A DNA stretch of 63,490 nt, filler included. It is 9 parts of 9 records of this genome, joined end to end, with 100 filler letters (N's around TTAATTAATTAA, not from the genome) between each part and the next. Parts side by side here need not be neighbours in the genome. Positions count along the whole stretch, not along the records: positions 49,834 to 57,600 come from SRR31147125_118619; positions 57,701 to 63,490 come from SRR31147125_118652; 7 more parts are not named here. One strand, written 5' to 3'. The notes beneath the pieces were generated by a model. It did no database searches. It was not told the origin of the DNA and saw nothing but the letters and a program-made list of their open reading frames with translations. The first letter of the stretch is position 1, and every line of letters starts with the position of its first letter. This document shows, one piece after another, positions 49,895 to 59,834 of this stretch. The translations under genes were made by a program, and so were the position numbers.

Positions 49895-50524
49895 ATGAAC
49901 AGGGCACTGCTCGTTGTTGATCTGCAATACGATTTTCTCCCGGGAGGGAGCCTGGCCGTACCCGAGGGAGAGCAAATCATTCCCGTGGTACTCGAACTGA
50001 TGGAGGACGGTAACCACTATGAGTTGATCGTTGCGACCCAGGACTGGCACCCGCCGGGTCACGGCTCGTTCGCGTCAGTGCACGAGGGAGCCGAACCCTT
50101 CGGTCTCGGCGAACTGGGTGGTTTGGAGCAGGTATTATGGCCGGATCACTGCGTGCAGGGGGAGAAGGGTGCCGAGCTGCACGAGTCGGTACTCGCACAA
50201 CTGGTCTCCGTCACCGAGAGCGGCGCACGGACGCTGATCATCAAGAAAGGCCAGCACCGGGAGGTCGACTCCTACTCAGCCTTCTTTGACAATAACCGCA
50301 TCCATGATACAGGCCTGCACAGGGCGCTTCAGGAATACGGGATCGAGGAGGTCGATGTCGTCGGACTGGCGTTTGACTTCTGCGTGAAATACACGGCACT
50401 CGATGCCGCGTCACTGGGGTACGGGACCCGGGTTCTGTTGGGCGGCACCCGTTCGGTGGTCCCGGACACGGCCCAGGCTACCATTGCCGAGCTCGATTCC
50501 GCGGGCGTGGAGTGTTCAGGCTGA
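49895..50524 (+). CDS. pncA: Nicotinamidase/pyrazinamidase
   Basis: VDLQYDF.PGG.L, QDWHP, WPDHCVQG, DSYSAF, AFDFCV. Confidence 0.95.
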   Translation: MNRALLVVDLQYDFLPGGSLAVPEGEQIIPVVLELMEDGNHYELIVATQDWHPPGHGSFASVHEGAEPFGLGELGGLEQVLWPDHCVQGEKGAELHESVLAQLVSVTESGARTLIIKKGQHREVDSYSAFFDNNRIHDTGLHRALQEYGIEEVDVVGLAFDFCVKYTALDAASLGYGTRVLLGGTRSVVPDTAQATIAELDSAGVECSG

Positions 50525-50893
50525 GACGAAGGATATCTTCTTCGACAGGGTCTTGTGGACCACGCAGGTTTTTGCGACCTGCAGCAGCTTCTCCCGCTCT
50601 TCCCCGGTCAACTCGCCGGAAATATCGATCGAGTAATTGAAAATCGTTTCATCGGGCTGTGAGCGGTCGATGAAAACAGTTGACTCAACCGTTGAGACTG
50701 CGTACCCGTGATTTGCCGCATACATCTTCAGCCACATCGTCAGGCAGGATGCGAGCGCCGCTTCCAGCAGATCGTGGGGCCTGAAGCCGCTGTTGCCGCC
50801 GCCCTTGTCCTCGGTGGTGTCTGAGAGAGCGGTATGTACGCCGTCTGAAAACAATACTTGGTAATTCTGTTCCCTGCTTGTCGCGGTAATCAT
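50516..50893 (-). CDS. OsmC/YhfA-family protein
   Basis: GFRPHDLLEAALASC and AKTCVVHKTL two-Cys pattern. Confidence 0.9.
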   Translation of the reverse strand: MITATSREQNYQVLFSDGVHTALSDTTEDKGGGNSGFRPHDLLEAALASCLTMWLKMYAANHGYAVSTVESTVFIDRSQPDETIFNYSIDISGELTGEEREKLLQVAKTCVVHKTLSKKISFVSA

Positions 50894-50936
50894 CCGGGCG
50901 CTCCTCCCTGTTCAGCTTTTAGATGTAATAAGACCA

Positions 50937-51043
50937 GGGGACTGAATTTTTTCGCGCTTTATGCGAAAATCATTCTGTCCCCGAGTCGGAAGTACCAAAA
51001 TTTATTTCCCTGGTGTTCATGAGAAAATTCAATCTGTCTCCCA
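50937..51043. repeat. Degenerate REP/MITE-like inverted repeat element
   Basis: GGGGACTGAATTTT paired with AAAATCATTCTGTCCCC, plus a second right-arm variant GAAAATTCAATCTGTCTCCC. Confidence 0.45.
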
Positions 51044-51065
51044 GGTTTATGCTGAGGTTTGAGGC

Positions 51066-52369
51066 TTAATTGATCAGATTAGGCAACCACAGCACCAGAC
51101 CCGGAAAAACGATAAAAATGATCAGGCCGACGGTTTCAACCAATGCGAACGGGATCGCTCCCCTGATGATGTCCATCAGTGACACCGACGGTGGTGACAC
51201 GCCCTTGATCACGAAGAGGTTGAGTCCCACGGGGGCGTTTCGGTGCCGATCTCGCAGGCGATCGCCATGACGATGCCGAACCACAGGCTCGAATACCCCA
51301 TCTGCAGGACGATCGGCAGTAGGATCGGTGTGGCGATGAGGATCACCGAGACGACATCCATGAACATTCCCATTACATAGATCAGTGCGAATATGCAGAT
51401 CAGAATCACCCAGTTGGGCATGTTCAGTGTTCCGACGAAGGATGCGAGTTCCTGGGGAACCTGCAGCCGGGTGAGCACATAGCCGAAGAGCAGCGCGGAG
51501 GCGAAAATCAGCATGATCATCGTGGTGGTGGTGATGGTTGACTGCAGGATTGTCCTGAATGCCTGCCAGTCGAGCTTTTTATTGAACCACGCAAGGATCA
51601 GTGCCCCGATACAGCCGACCGCGGCCGCCTCGGTCGGTGTCGCGATTCCGGCGTAGATGGAGCCGAGCACCAGGACGATGAGCAGCAGCACGGGCCAGAT
51701 TTTCAGCAGTGCCGCAAACCGCATCCCCCAGGACACATCCTCGGTGCTCCGCGGGGCCTTCTCCGGCTGGACGATGCCGATAATGAAGATGTAGCTCATC
51801 ATCAGCGCCGCCAGTACGATGCCGGGAACAATGCCGGCGATAAAGAGCTTGCCGACCGACTCGTCGCCAACGACGCCGTAGAGGATGAGAGCGACACTGG
51901 GGGGAATGAGCAGGGCCAGGCCCCCGGACGCGGCAACACAGCCGGTTGCCAGCGATTTATCGTAGCCACGTTTGAGCATTTCGGGAATTGCGAAGCTGCC
52001 GATGGTCGCCGCCCCGGCGACGCTGACTCCGCAGAGCGCGCTGAAGATTGCGCACGCCGCGACACTGGCCATCCCCATCGATCCAGGCAGCCGGTTGAGC
52101 CAGCGGTTGGTGGCGGTAAAGATTGACGAGCCTATCCCCGAGTGAAAAATGATCTCCCCCATCAGGATAAAGAGTGGTACGGCTACCAGCGGGAAAACCG
52201 CCAGCCTGTCATAGATGACTCCGGGTACCGCCCCGAGCCCCCGCACGCCCTGGACCAGCAGGATGCCGGTGACGCTCGATATGCCAAGCGCACCGAACAC
52301 CGGCATGCCCATGAAAAGAAAGATGAGAAAACCGCACAATACGATGAGGGTAATGGTTACAGAATCCAC
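51066..52369 (-). CDS. dctM: TRAP transporter large permease, frameshifted
   Basis: AVPLFILMG, LIPPS, TPTEAAA. One extra base in the G5 run at 51231-51235 restores TPPVGLNLFV. Confidence 0.92.
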
Positions 52370-52383
52370 GATGTACCTTTATA

Positions 52384-52896
52384 TTACTGATCTTCGGTCT
52401 TGACCGGAGCTTTACAGAGGTTGACGATACGAACGAGCATCTGCAGCCCGAGCAACAGCGAGCCGGTGGGAATGATCGCATAGGGCAGCCACAGCGGGAC
52501 GTTCAGCAGAGAGCTGGAGTGGTAGTCGCCCCTGAATGCCATGATCGATGATTTCCCGCCCTCCCAGACGAGGATGGCGCAGAAGAAAAGGACAATGATC
52601 GACGTGAAAATGTCCAGTGCCCGCTGCACGTGAGGCGGCATCAGGTTGATGACGGAGTGCATCCGCACATGGCGGTTCTTCTGCAGCACCCAGCCTGCTG
52701 CCATGAAGGCCACGAAAATCAGCAGGTATTCACTGAGCTCAACCGAATAGAGGGTCGGTTTGTTGAATACGTAGCGGGCGATGACTTCATTGAAGACGAG
52801 CGCCAGTAGCAGTACCAGGCAGATTTCCGCCAGGACCGCGCCGATGCGGCTCAGCCGTTCGAACAGTGATGAAAAAAGGTTCCAGATTGTTGCCAT
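52384..52896 (-). CDS. dctQ: TRAP transporter small permease
   Basis: VIARYVFN, ELSEY, HVRM, four TM helices. Confidence 0.9.
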   Translation of the reverse strand: MATIWNLFSSLFERLSRIGAVLAEICLVLLLALVFNEVIARYVFNKPTLYSVELSEYLLIFVAFMAAGWVLQKNRHVRMHSVINLMPPHVQRALDIFTSIIVLFFCAILVWEGGKSSIMAFRGDYHSSSLLNVPLWLPYAIIPTGSLLLGLQMLVRIVNLCKAPVKTEDQ

Positions 52897-52976
52897 GTCT
52901 GCGTGTGTCCGGGAAAATGCCTATTTCCCGCACCGTCGGGTGAAATTTTCAGGTTGTTGTTGAGAATACGGTGACG

Positions 52977-53010
52977 GCCGGCATCCGGACTATAGCATCC
53001 GGATGCCGGC
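52977..53010 (-). other. Intercistronic hairpin after dctP (mRNA stabiliser)
   Basis: GCCGGCATCCGGA-N8-TCCGGATGCCGGC, perfect 13 bp, no U-tract. Confidence 0.6.
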
Positions 53011-53030
53011 TGATTACGACGTGCCGGTGA

Positions 53031-54035
53031 TCAGTGGTTTTCCGAGATGAAATCGATGTATTTCTTTCCATCCGGAACTTTGGTGAGCCACCATTCGTGC
53101 ACCGGTACCATCACCTCTTTGAACTTCGCGAGCTCTTCGGGGGTCGAGACGTGGACATCGACGCCTTTTTCCTTGTACTGCTTTACGGCCTCTTCCATGA
53201 ACGCCTCGAGCATCGTGAGCTGCTGCTGATCACGCTTCTTGCCAGCTTCGACCATGACGTTCTGTACGTCCTTCGGGAGGCTCTCCCATTTGCTCTTGTT
53301 GATCGCCAGAACGCAGGTGAAATAAGCCATGTTGGTTACCGCCAGGTTGTCGACGACCTCGTAGAGTTTTCTGCCGAGTCCGGTGATCAGGGGGCGGGTG
53401 GTACCGTTGATGGTGCCTCTCTGCAGGGCCATGTAGAGCTCACCCGAGCTCATCGTTGTCGGGCTTCCTTCCATCAGCTCGACCGCCTTGCTTGCGGTAC
53501 TCCCGGAAACGGCCCACTTCTGTCCCTTGATATCCCCGGGAAGCGTGACCTTGAATCCTTTCGAATAGATCTGGTACGGGCCGCCGGCGGCGATGCCGAG
53601 CACCTTCACGTTGTGCTCTTCGAATTTCTGGTTGATTCCCAGGTCCCAGAGACCGGCGTCCAGGCTCTTCTGCATGCTTGCCGGGGTTTCCCACAGAAAC
53701 GGCAGGTTGCTGATACCGGTGTTAGGGATGATCCCGGTGAGGTACAGGTCGTTCGGGGCCGCCATATCGATATCGCCGCGTTCAAGGGCGGCAAACTCTT
53801 CCTTGCCCTTGTAGAGCTGTCCCGAGTGGAAAAACTTGAACTTCACCGCGCCTCCGGTTTCCTTTTCAACCGTTGCGATGAAATCTTCCAGCGGTTTTAC
53901 CAGGTAGGGGTATGACGTCGGCATATAGGTGGAAAACACGATTTCGATCGGCTTGTCCTGCGCGAGAACAGGCTGGGCGAAACAGAACGTCATCAATGCT
54001 GCAAGAACCAAACAACCAAAACGCACAACTTTCAT
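53031..54035 (-). CDS. dctP: TRAP transporter substrate-binding protein
   Basis: Signal peptide, FHSGQL, ELYMALQRGTING. ATG follows GAGGAGG. Confidence 0.92.
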   Translation of the reverse strand: MKVVRFGCLVLAALMTFCFAQPVLAQDKPIEIVFSTYMPTSYPYLVKPLEDFIATVEKETGGAVKFKFFHSGQLYKGKEEFAALERGDIDMAAPNDLYLTGIIPNTGISNLPFLWETPASMQKSLDAGLWDLGINQKFEEHNVKVLGIAAGGPYQIYSKGFKVTLPGDIKGQKWAVSGSTASKAVELMEGSPTTMSSGELYMALQRGTINGTTRPLITGLGRKLYEVVDNLAVTNMAYFTCVLAINKSKWESLPKDVQNVMVEAGKKRDQQQLTMLEAFMEEAVKQYKEKGVDVHVSTPEELAKFKEVMVPVHEWWLTKVPDGKKYIDFISENH

Positions 54036-54187
54036 GATACTCTCCTCCTCGTGTGATGGGTTAACAGATTGTGGTGCAATTCCAGACAAGCGCTGGTGAT
54101 ACTACAAAAATTATCATTGTGCAATGGAGAGAATGGCTGAAGAGCCGTATGAGCGGGAAGCGGGCACCCGAATCAAAAGCCGGGGGA

Positions 54188-54225
54188 CGTCGAATCCGGT
54201 GCATGCGGGAGCACCGGATTCGACG
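54188..54225 (-). terminator. Stem-loop after the MscS gene
   Basis: CGTCGAATCCGGTGC-N8-GCACCGGATTCGACG, perfect 15 bp. Confidence 0.6.
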
Positions 54226-54233
54226 GGGCCTGA

Positions 54234-56474
54234 CTACTCTTTCTTCTGTTGCTGCTCCGCCTCGGTGGCCAGCGCGGCCGCCGCGCCCGCTTCGAGGAGC
54301 TTTTGCCTCTCTTCCGGGGAGTGCATGTCATGTTTTGCATCTTCGGGAAAATCGACGATCACCTTACGGTGAGCGTAGTAGATGCCCTTGGCGTTCAGAG
54401 CCTCGGTGATGCGCCTAAATGCCTCCCGCTTGATCACGAACTGTTTGCCCGGTTTGGAGGTGAACTTGACGCGGATGACCATCACTGAATTGGTAATTTC
54501 GTGCACGCCCTGGGATTTTATCGGTAGGATGAAATCATCGCCGAGTTCCGGATCTTCGAGCATCGCGATCCCGACTTTCTTGATAATCTTGCGCACTTTA
54601 TCGATGTCCGTATCGTATGGAAACTCAAGCGGGAACTTGATAACCATACCGCCGCGCATGTAGTTCGTGATTGCGCCGAGATCGCTGTGCGGCACCACCT
54701 GCAGCATGCCGAGGTGGTGTCTGAGCATCACGTTTCTCAACGTGATGGTCTCGACGGTTCCGCGGATCGAGCCGGCCTGGATGTATTCCCCGACGCGGAA
54801 CGCATCGTCGAGCAGGAAGAAAAAGCCCGACAAGACGTCTGAAACCAGTTTCTGCGCACCGAACCCGATGGCGAGCCCGAGGACACCGGCGCCGGCCAGC
54901 AGCGGTGCGATGTTGACGCCGAAAGACGATAACATGGTCAGCATCACCATGAGTACGAGTACCGTACCGATCACTTTACGGAGCATCGGCAGCAGGGTCT
55001 GGCTGCGGCCCCGGGGGGCGGCGCCGCCGAACTCATCGTCGGTATCTTCTTCTTTTTCATCTGCCTCCGGTTCTGCTTCTTCAAGCTTGCGGCTGATGTA
55101 GCCGTCCGCAACACGCCAGCCGACGAGGGCCAGCGTCAGTATGAAAAAGGATTCGAGAACCGCCTTGAAAAGCTCCACGGCATACGGAATCCTGAAGCCC
55201 CACATCGCCAGGAACCAGGTGAGCAGAACGAGGACCAGGACGATTTTGAAAAAGGCGAACACCTTTCTGGTGATTTTTTTCTTTTTCTCCTCCCGCTCCT
55301 CCTGCTTGGTCTCTTCCTCGGTACCTTCCGGAAATTCGTCGTCCGGAATATTTCCGAGATTCAGTGCGGCCACGGAGCTGGTAACCAGCATCCTGCCGCT
55401 GTAACTCAATATAAAATAGAGCGGGATGATCAGCATACTGGCGATGAACGTCCCTTTCTGTCCGCCGGCCCCGATCAACTGCTGTCCTATCCAGAAAAAC
55501 CAGACGAGCAGCAGGTAGACGAGTGCAAATGCGTACCAGTAGGTAGAAAGTTGTCGCTTGACCCAGCCGCCGTTCCTCTCGTCGAGCTGTTTGAGCAGGG
55601 CGTCGGCGACCGGCTGTTTGAGTGAGAATACCAGCAGGCCATAGGTGATAATGACCGCCGATCCCAGCACGATGCCGATCCAGGAAAGCGTTTGCGGTGT
55701 CGCCCCCAGCTCCCTGAACAGCCTGATGATCAGCAGTCCCGACAGGAGTACGCCGACCGAGGTGTAAAATGTACGATAGAGCGGCTTGACCAGGGATTCA
55801 TCCAGTTTCAGCGGTCGACCATCTTTGTCGTCCGGTGCGAAAATAATACGGCCAATCTGGGCGCAGAAACTGAAAATCAAAATGGACCCGAGCAGCGCCT
55901 GGAAAAACATGCGGCCTTTGATCCCGATGCTGCCGGCCATCATCAGGAATATAATCGTCGCGATGACCGCGAAAAGCAGCAGACCGAGAAAACCCGGGAT
56001 GGATTGCAGCAGTTTAGTCCATATCCGGTTTCCTCTGCCTGTCTCGGAAACCGCGTTCGTGCCAAATTCCGATACCCTCTTCCTGGTGGTGAGCAGTATC
56101 CCTTTGACAAGCAGCCAGCCAACACCGAGCGCGATCAGTGAACGCAGTAGAACACTGAAAAAGGAGCTTTTCTTCTGCTCGTCACCGGTCGCCTTCAGAA
56201 TCCGTGCGAGATCCTCTGGAACCTGGGGAGCGTACGAGAGGACGCTGTCCCGGCCGTCTTTTTCCCCGCCACCGGTATCGAGCAGGTGCAGCCATTGCTG
56301 CATGAGCTCCGGTGAGCTGGCAGCCATCTGCTTGATGGCCGCAGTGGGAACCTCGACGGTTTCCGCTGCCGCGGGACTGTCTGCCGTCTCTTCGGAGACC
56401 TCGGCGGCCGTCATGAGCGGGGGAGCCAGGGCCATTGTCAGGATCAGGAAGAGCGTTGTGTAGAGTGTTTTCAT
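54234..56474 (-). CDS. Large MscS-family mechanosensitive channel
   Basis: LLAGAGVLGLAIGFGAQKLVSD, FRVGEYI, GTVE, multi-TM N-terminal extension. Confidence 0.92.
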   Translation of the reverse strand: MKTLYTTLFLILTMALAPPLMTAAEVSEETADSPAAAETVEVPTAAIKQMAASSPELMQQWLHLLDTGGGEKDGRDSVLSYAPQVPEDLARILKATGDEQKKSSFFSVLLRSLIALGVGWLLVKGILLTTRKRVSEFGTNAVSETGRGNRIWTKLLQSIPGFLGLLLFAVIATIIFLMMAGSIGIKGRMFFQALLGSILIFSFCAQIGRIIFAPDDKDGRPLKLDESLVKPLYRTFYTSVGVLLSGLLIIRLFRELGATPQTLSWIGIVLGSAVIITYGLLVFSLKQPVADALLKQLDERNGGWVKRQLSTYWYAFALVYLLLVWFFWIGQQLIGAGGQKGTFIASMLIIPLYFILSYSGRMLVTSSVAALNLGNIPDDEFPEGTEEETKQEEREEKKKKITRKVFAFFKIVLVLVLLTWFLAMWGFRIPYAVELFKAVLESFFILTLALVGWRVADGYISRKLEEAEPEADEKEEDTDDEFGGAAPRGRSQTLLPMLRKVIGTVLVLMVMLTMLSSFGVNIAPLLAGAGVLGLAIGFGAQKLVSDVLSGFFFLLDDAFRVGEYIQAGSIRGTVETITLRNVMLRHHLGMLQVVPHSDLGAITNYMRGGMVIKFPLEFPYDTDIDKVRKIIKKVGIAMLEDPELGDDFILPIKSQGVHEITNSVMVIRVKFTSKPGKQFVIKREAFRRITEALNAKGIYYAHRKVIVDFPEDAKHDMHSPEERQKLLEAGAAAALATEAEQQQKKE

Positions 56475-56683
56475 GTGGCCTCGCAAAGGTAGATAAGTGG
56501 TATCAAAAAAACAGTATGTCAGTTTCACCCTTTCTCAGTATAACAACAAATTGAATCAACGACTATATCAAAACGGGGGTTCAATCCGCCGAATCTGTAC
56601 ACTAACGGGAGTTTCACCTCGACAGCCGTGCGGTGAAACCTGACGTCTGACGGAACGGCGGGGTCAACCGGGAGGTGGCCTGC

Positions 56684-57600
56684 TCAGAGGGATGTGAACA
56701 GATTCTCGTTTTCGGCGGTCCCGATGACGATCAGCTCGTCGTCCTCCCTGATCTCCGTTTCGGGCTCGGGGCTGACGGTCAAACGGTCGTCCCGGCGGAA
56801 CGCGATGATCGAATAGCCGGTCTGTTCACGGATTCCGGACTGCATGATGGTCTTGCCGGCCAATTCCGGTCCGGCCCGGCGATTCATCACGATCAACCCT
56901 TCGGTGAACAGAGACACTTCGTTCGGTTTGAGCAGTTGGAAGATGGTTCCGGCTCCAAGTGAGGAGTAGGACATCACCTGATCTGCTCCGGCCATGTGCA
57001 GTTTGGCGACGTTGCGTTCCAGGATCGAGCGGCTGATGATCTGGATGTCGTCGCGCAGCTGGCGGCAGTAAAAGGTCAGATAGATGTTCATGTCGTCACT
57101 GTGGGTGGTGACGATGACCGATTTCGCATGATCGATTCCGGCCTCTTTCAGCGTATTGATGTCGGCTGCGTCGCCCACGGTGGTGAGGTCTTTCGCTGGC
57201 CCTTCCGCCTTGATGGCTCTTTTTTCAATGATACGATACGATATCCCGTATTCGTCGAGGGTCCGTGCGGCCACCTGGCCCACGCGGCCGCCGCCGAGAA
57301 TCAGGACCTGCGGTTTGTCCGGGTCCTGCGAGTAGGTGACCGGGTAGGCTTCCTCGAAGGTGTTGAGCTGGCTTGCCGAACCGGCGAGCATCAGGATGGT
57401 GTTGGGGGTGATGACGGTCTGGGGGGACGGGGCGGAAAATCTGCCGGTTTCCATCATGCCGATGACGGTGACACCGGTGGACTGGCGGATTCCCGTTTCG
57501 GCCAGGGTCTTTCCCTCGATCTCGGTATACCTGACGGGGAGCTCGGAAATGAGGAGGTCATCGAATCTGCCGATGATATTCGCTCCCTGGCCAACCCCGT
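56684..57600 (-). CDS. TrkA/RCK-domain potassium channel protein, 5' partial
   Basis: TrkA-N (LGGGRVG, GDAAD..L.EAGI) flanked by TrkA-C domains. Confidence 0.85.
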
Positions 57601-57700
57601 NNNNNNNNNNNNNNNNNNNNNNNNNNNNNNNNNNNNNNNNNNNNTTAATTAATTAANNNNNNNNNNNNNNNNNNNNNNNNNNNNNNNNNNNNNNNNNNNN
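57601..57700. other. Artificial contig spacer
   Basis: 44 N + TTAATTAATTAA + 44 N. Confidence 0.97.
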
Positions 57701-57702
57701 TG

Positions 57703-58773
57703 TGGTCGCTCATTCCGTTCCCGATCATCATCGCGCTGTTCAGCGCCATCCGCCAGCCGCTGACCATTATGATGGGCGTTCCGAAGGCGCTGATTCAGGA
57801 AGGCGGCACGATTCTTGAAAAGCTGACGTCGCTGGGTTGGACCAACCAATTAAATGCCAGTTACGAGCAAATATCTCAAGCACAGTTTATATCTCAGCAC
57901 TTTGATCAGTTTGCCGGCTTAAGCGATAAGCTCCAGCAGATCAATTACGGCTTTTTAGGCATGAACCTTGGGGAGAAGCCAGCGGTTAACTTCCTGTGGA
58001 CGACTGACTGGAGTGACCCGTCCATCTGGGGTCCGGGACTGTTGCTGTTCCTTCTCCCGCTTGTATCGGGCGGACTGGCTTTCCTTTCGTCGCGAGTCAG
58101 CATGAAGATGAACGCCCAGCCGGATAATCCGCAGGCAGGCTCCATGAAGTCCATGATGATGCTGATGCCGCTGATTAACGTTTATTTCGCATTCATCATG
58201 CCCGGCGCCATCGGCGTATATATTATTGCAAGCATGTTCTTCCAGACGGTGCAGGAGATTGTCCTCACGAAGCATTATACGAAGGTCATGGAAGCCGAGG
58301 ATGCCATCAAATTCGAGCAAATGAGAATACGCGAGGCTGAGCTTGAGGCCAAGCGGGCGGAAACCGAGCGCAAGAAGCTTGAAAACGCGACGACTAAAAA
58401 CCGTAATACGTCCAAGAAAAAACAGGCCAAGACTGAGCGTCAGGAGCAAATGGAAAAGGCTGCCGAGTGGGAAAAAATGCATTCAGACAAGCCTGAAGAA
58501 AAGAAGGAAGATCCCAGCAGCGTCGGGACGCGGCGTTACGCGCGGGGCCGGGCTTATAATCCGGAGCGCTTTGCCGGTGAAGATACAATGGAAGAATTAT
58601 CTGAATCCGGGGAAGAGTCCGACGAAGCTGAAAGCACCGTATCCGAGGCTGAGGAAACAGCTGAGCTGACAAACGAAGCCGAGGCCGGCGAGGCTGAAAC
58701 CGAAGAGGATGAGGCCGACGATCAGCCGGACGACACGGACAGTGAAGACGAAGCCGAGAAAAAGGACGAATAG
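57703..58773 (+). CDS. yidC: Membrane protein insertase YidC, 5' partial, long charged C-tail
   Basis: IPFPIIIALF, FLGMNL, MMMLMPL...MPGAIGVY; upstream of jag. Confidence 0.85.
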   Translation, partial: WSLIPFPIIIALFSAIRQPLTIMMGVPKALIQEGGTILEKLTSLGWTNQLNASYEQISQAQFISQHFDQFAGLSDKLQQINYGFLGMNLGEKPAVNFLWTTDWSDPSIWGPGLLLFLLPLVSGGLAFLSSRVSMKMNAQPDNPQAGSMKSMMMLMPLINVYFAFIMPGAIGVYIIASMFFQTVQEIVLTKHYTKVMEAEDAIKFEQMRIREAELEAKRAETERKKLENATTKNRNTSKKKQAKTERQEQMEKAAEWEKMHSDKPEEKKEDPSSVGTRRYARGRAYNPERFAGEDTMEELSESGEESDEAESTVSEAEETAELTNEAEAGEAETEEDEADDQPDDTDSEDEAEKKDE

Positions 58774-58826
58774 ACAACTTTAAGCCATCAGACACAGCGC
58801 ACGGCTTTTTAGAAGAGGTGAACGGC

Positions 58827-59501
58827 ATGTTGAAATCGATTGAAGTAAGCGGCAAAACGGAGGACGAGGCCATCCAGACGGCGCTGGATGAGCTGGGTAT
58901 CGGTCGTGATGAAGTGTCCGTAGAGATCATTGAGCGGGCAAAAGCGGGATTTCTGGGTTTAAAAAGCACGCCCGCCGTCGTCCGGGTGACCTATGAAAGC
59001 GTCACATCAAACGCCGAGCGCGTGGAAAGCTTTTTAACCGGTCTATTTTTGCGCATGGGCGTAAGCGCGACGCCTGAGATCACCGAGGAAGAAGGCGTTG
59101 TATCCGTTAACCTGACCGGGGAGGACCCGGGCATCCTGATTGGCCGTCGCGGGGAGACGCTTGATGCGATCCAGCACCTGACAAACTACGCGGTTAATCG
59201 CAACGCAACAGGTCGCGTGCGCGTCAATATCGACACGGAAAATTACAGGCAGCGCCGCAACGAGGCGCTGGAACGGCTGGCCGACAAGGTCGCTACCAAG
59301 GCCGTTAAGTATAGAAGAAACATGACGCTTGAGCCGATGAATTCCTATGAGCGCCATATCATCCACACGACCTTGCAGGAGCATGAAAACGTCACGACCT
59401 ATTCGATCGGGACCGAGCCAAACCGCCGTGTTGTCGTTGTTTATGAACGAAAAGGCGGTGGCGGCACAAAGGATTCGCCGTCGTATAGAGAGTGGTGCTG
59501 A
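58827..59501 (+). CDS. jag: RNA-binding protein Jag/EloR/KhpB
   Basis: Jag-N (GKTEDEAI, GFLG), KH (LIGRRGETL), R3H (ERHIIH). Confidence 0.95.
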   Translation: MLKSIEVSGKTEDEAIQTALDELGIGRDEVSVEIIERAKAGFLGLKSTPAVVRVTYESVTSNAERVESFLTGLFLRMGVSATPEITEEEGVVSVNLTGEDPGILIGRRGETLDAIQHLTNYAVNRNATGRVRVNIDTENYRQRRNEALERLADKVATKAVKYRRNMTLEPMNSYERHIIHTTLQEHENVTTYSIGTEPNRRVVVVYERKGGGGTKDSPSYREWC

Positions 59502-59527
59502 ATAAAAGAGTACAAGGGGAGTTTTAT

Positions 59528-59770
59528 ATGGTTTTCGACAAGGTTAAGGAGCTCTTGGCGTCGCAGCTTGAAATGGATGCCGAAAAAATCAGCGAGGATA
59601 CGGATATCATCAATGATCTCGGCGCCGACTCTCTGGACGTCGTCGAAATGATCATGATGCTCGAAGAGGAATTTGGGATTGTCATTACGGATGAATCCAT
59701 CTACAGTTATAAAACCGTTGGGGAAATCGCGTCTTTTATTGATAAGATGGTTGAGGAAAGCAACGCGTAA
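59528..59770 (+). CDS. acpP: Acyl carrier protein
   Basis: DLGADSLDVVE phosphopantetheine site. ATG follows GGGGAG. Confidence 0.93.
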   Translation: MVFDKVKELLASQLEMDAEKISEDTDIINDLGADSLDVVEMIMMLEEEFGIVITDESIYSYKTVGEIASFIDKMVEESNA

Positions 59771-59786
59771 ACTCAAAATGAATAGT

Positions 59787-59826
59787 AAAAGGGAGTGTCT
59801 CATTAAATGAGGCACTCCCTTTTTTT
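59787..59826. terminator. Bidirectional intrinsic terminator
   Basis: AAAAGGGAGTGTCTCAT-TAA-ATGAGGCACTCCCTTTTTTT between convergent genes. Confidence 0.9.
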
Positions 59827-59834
59827 GTTGTCCT

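Noticed and set aside
6876..57700. Eight repeated TTAATTAATTAA motifs within N runs as a biological repeat
   Set aside because: Identical 100-nt structure with stops in six frames, and composition changes across them. These are assembly linkers, so no cross-linker gene neighbourhood was interpreted.
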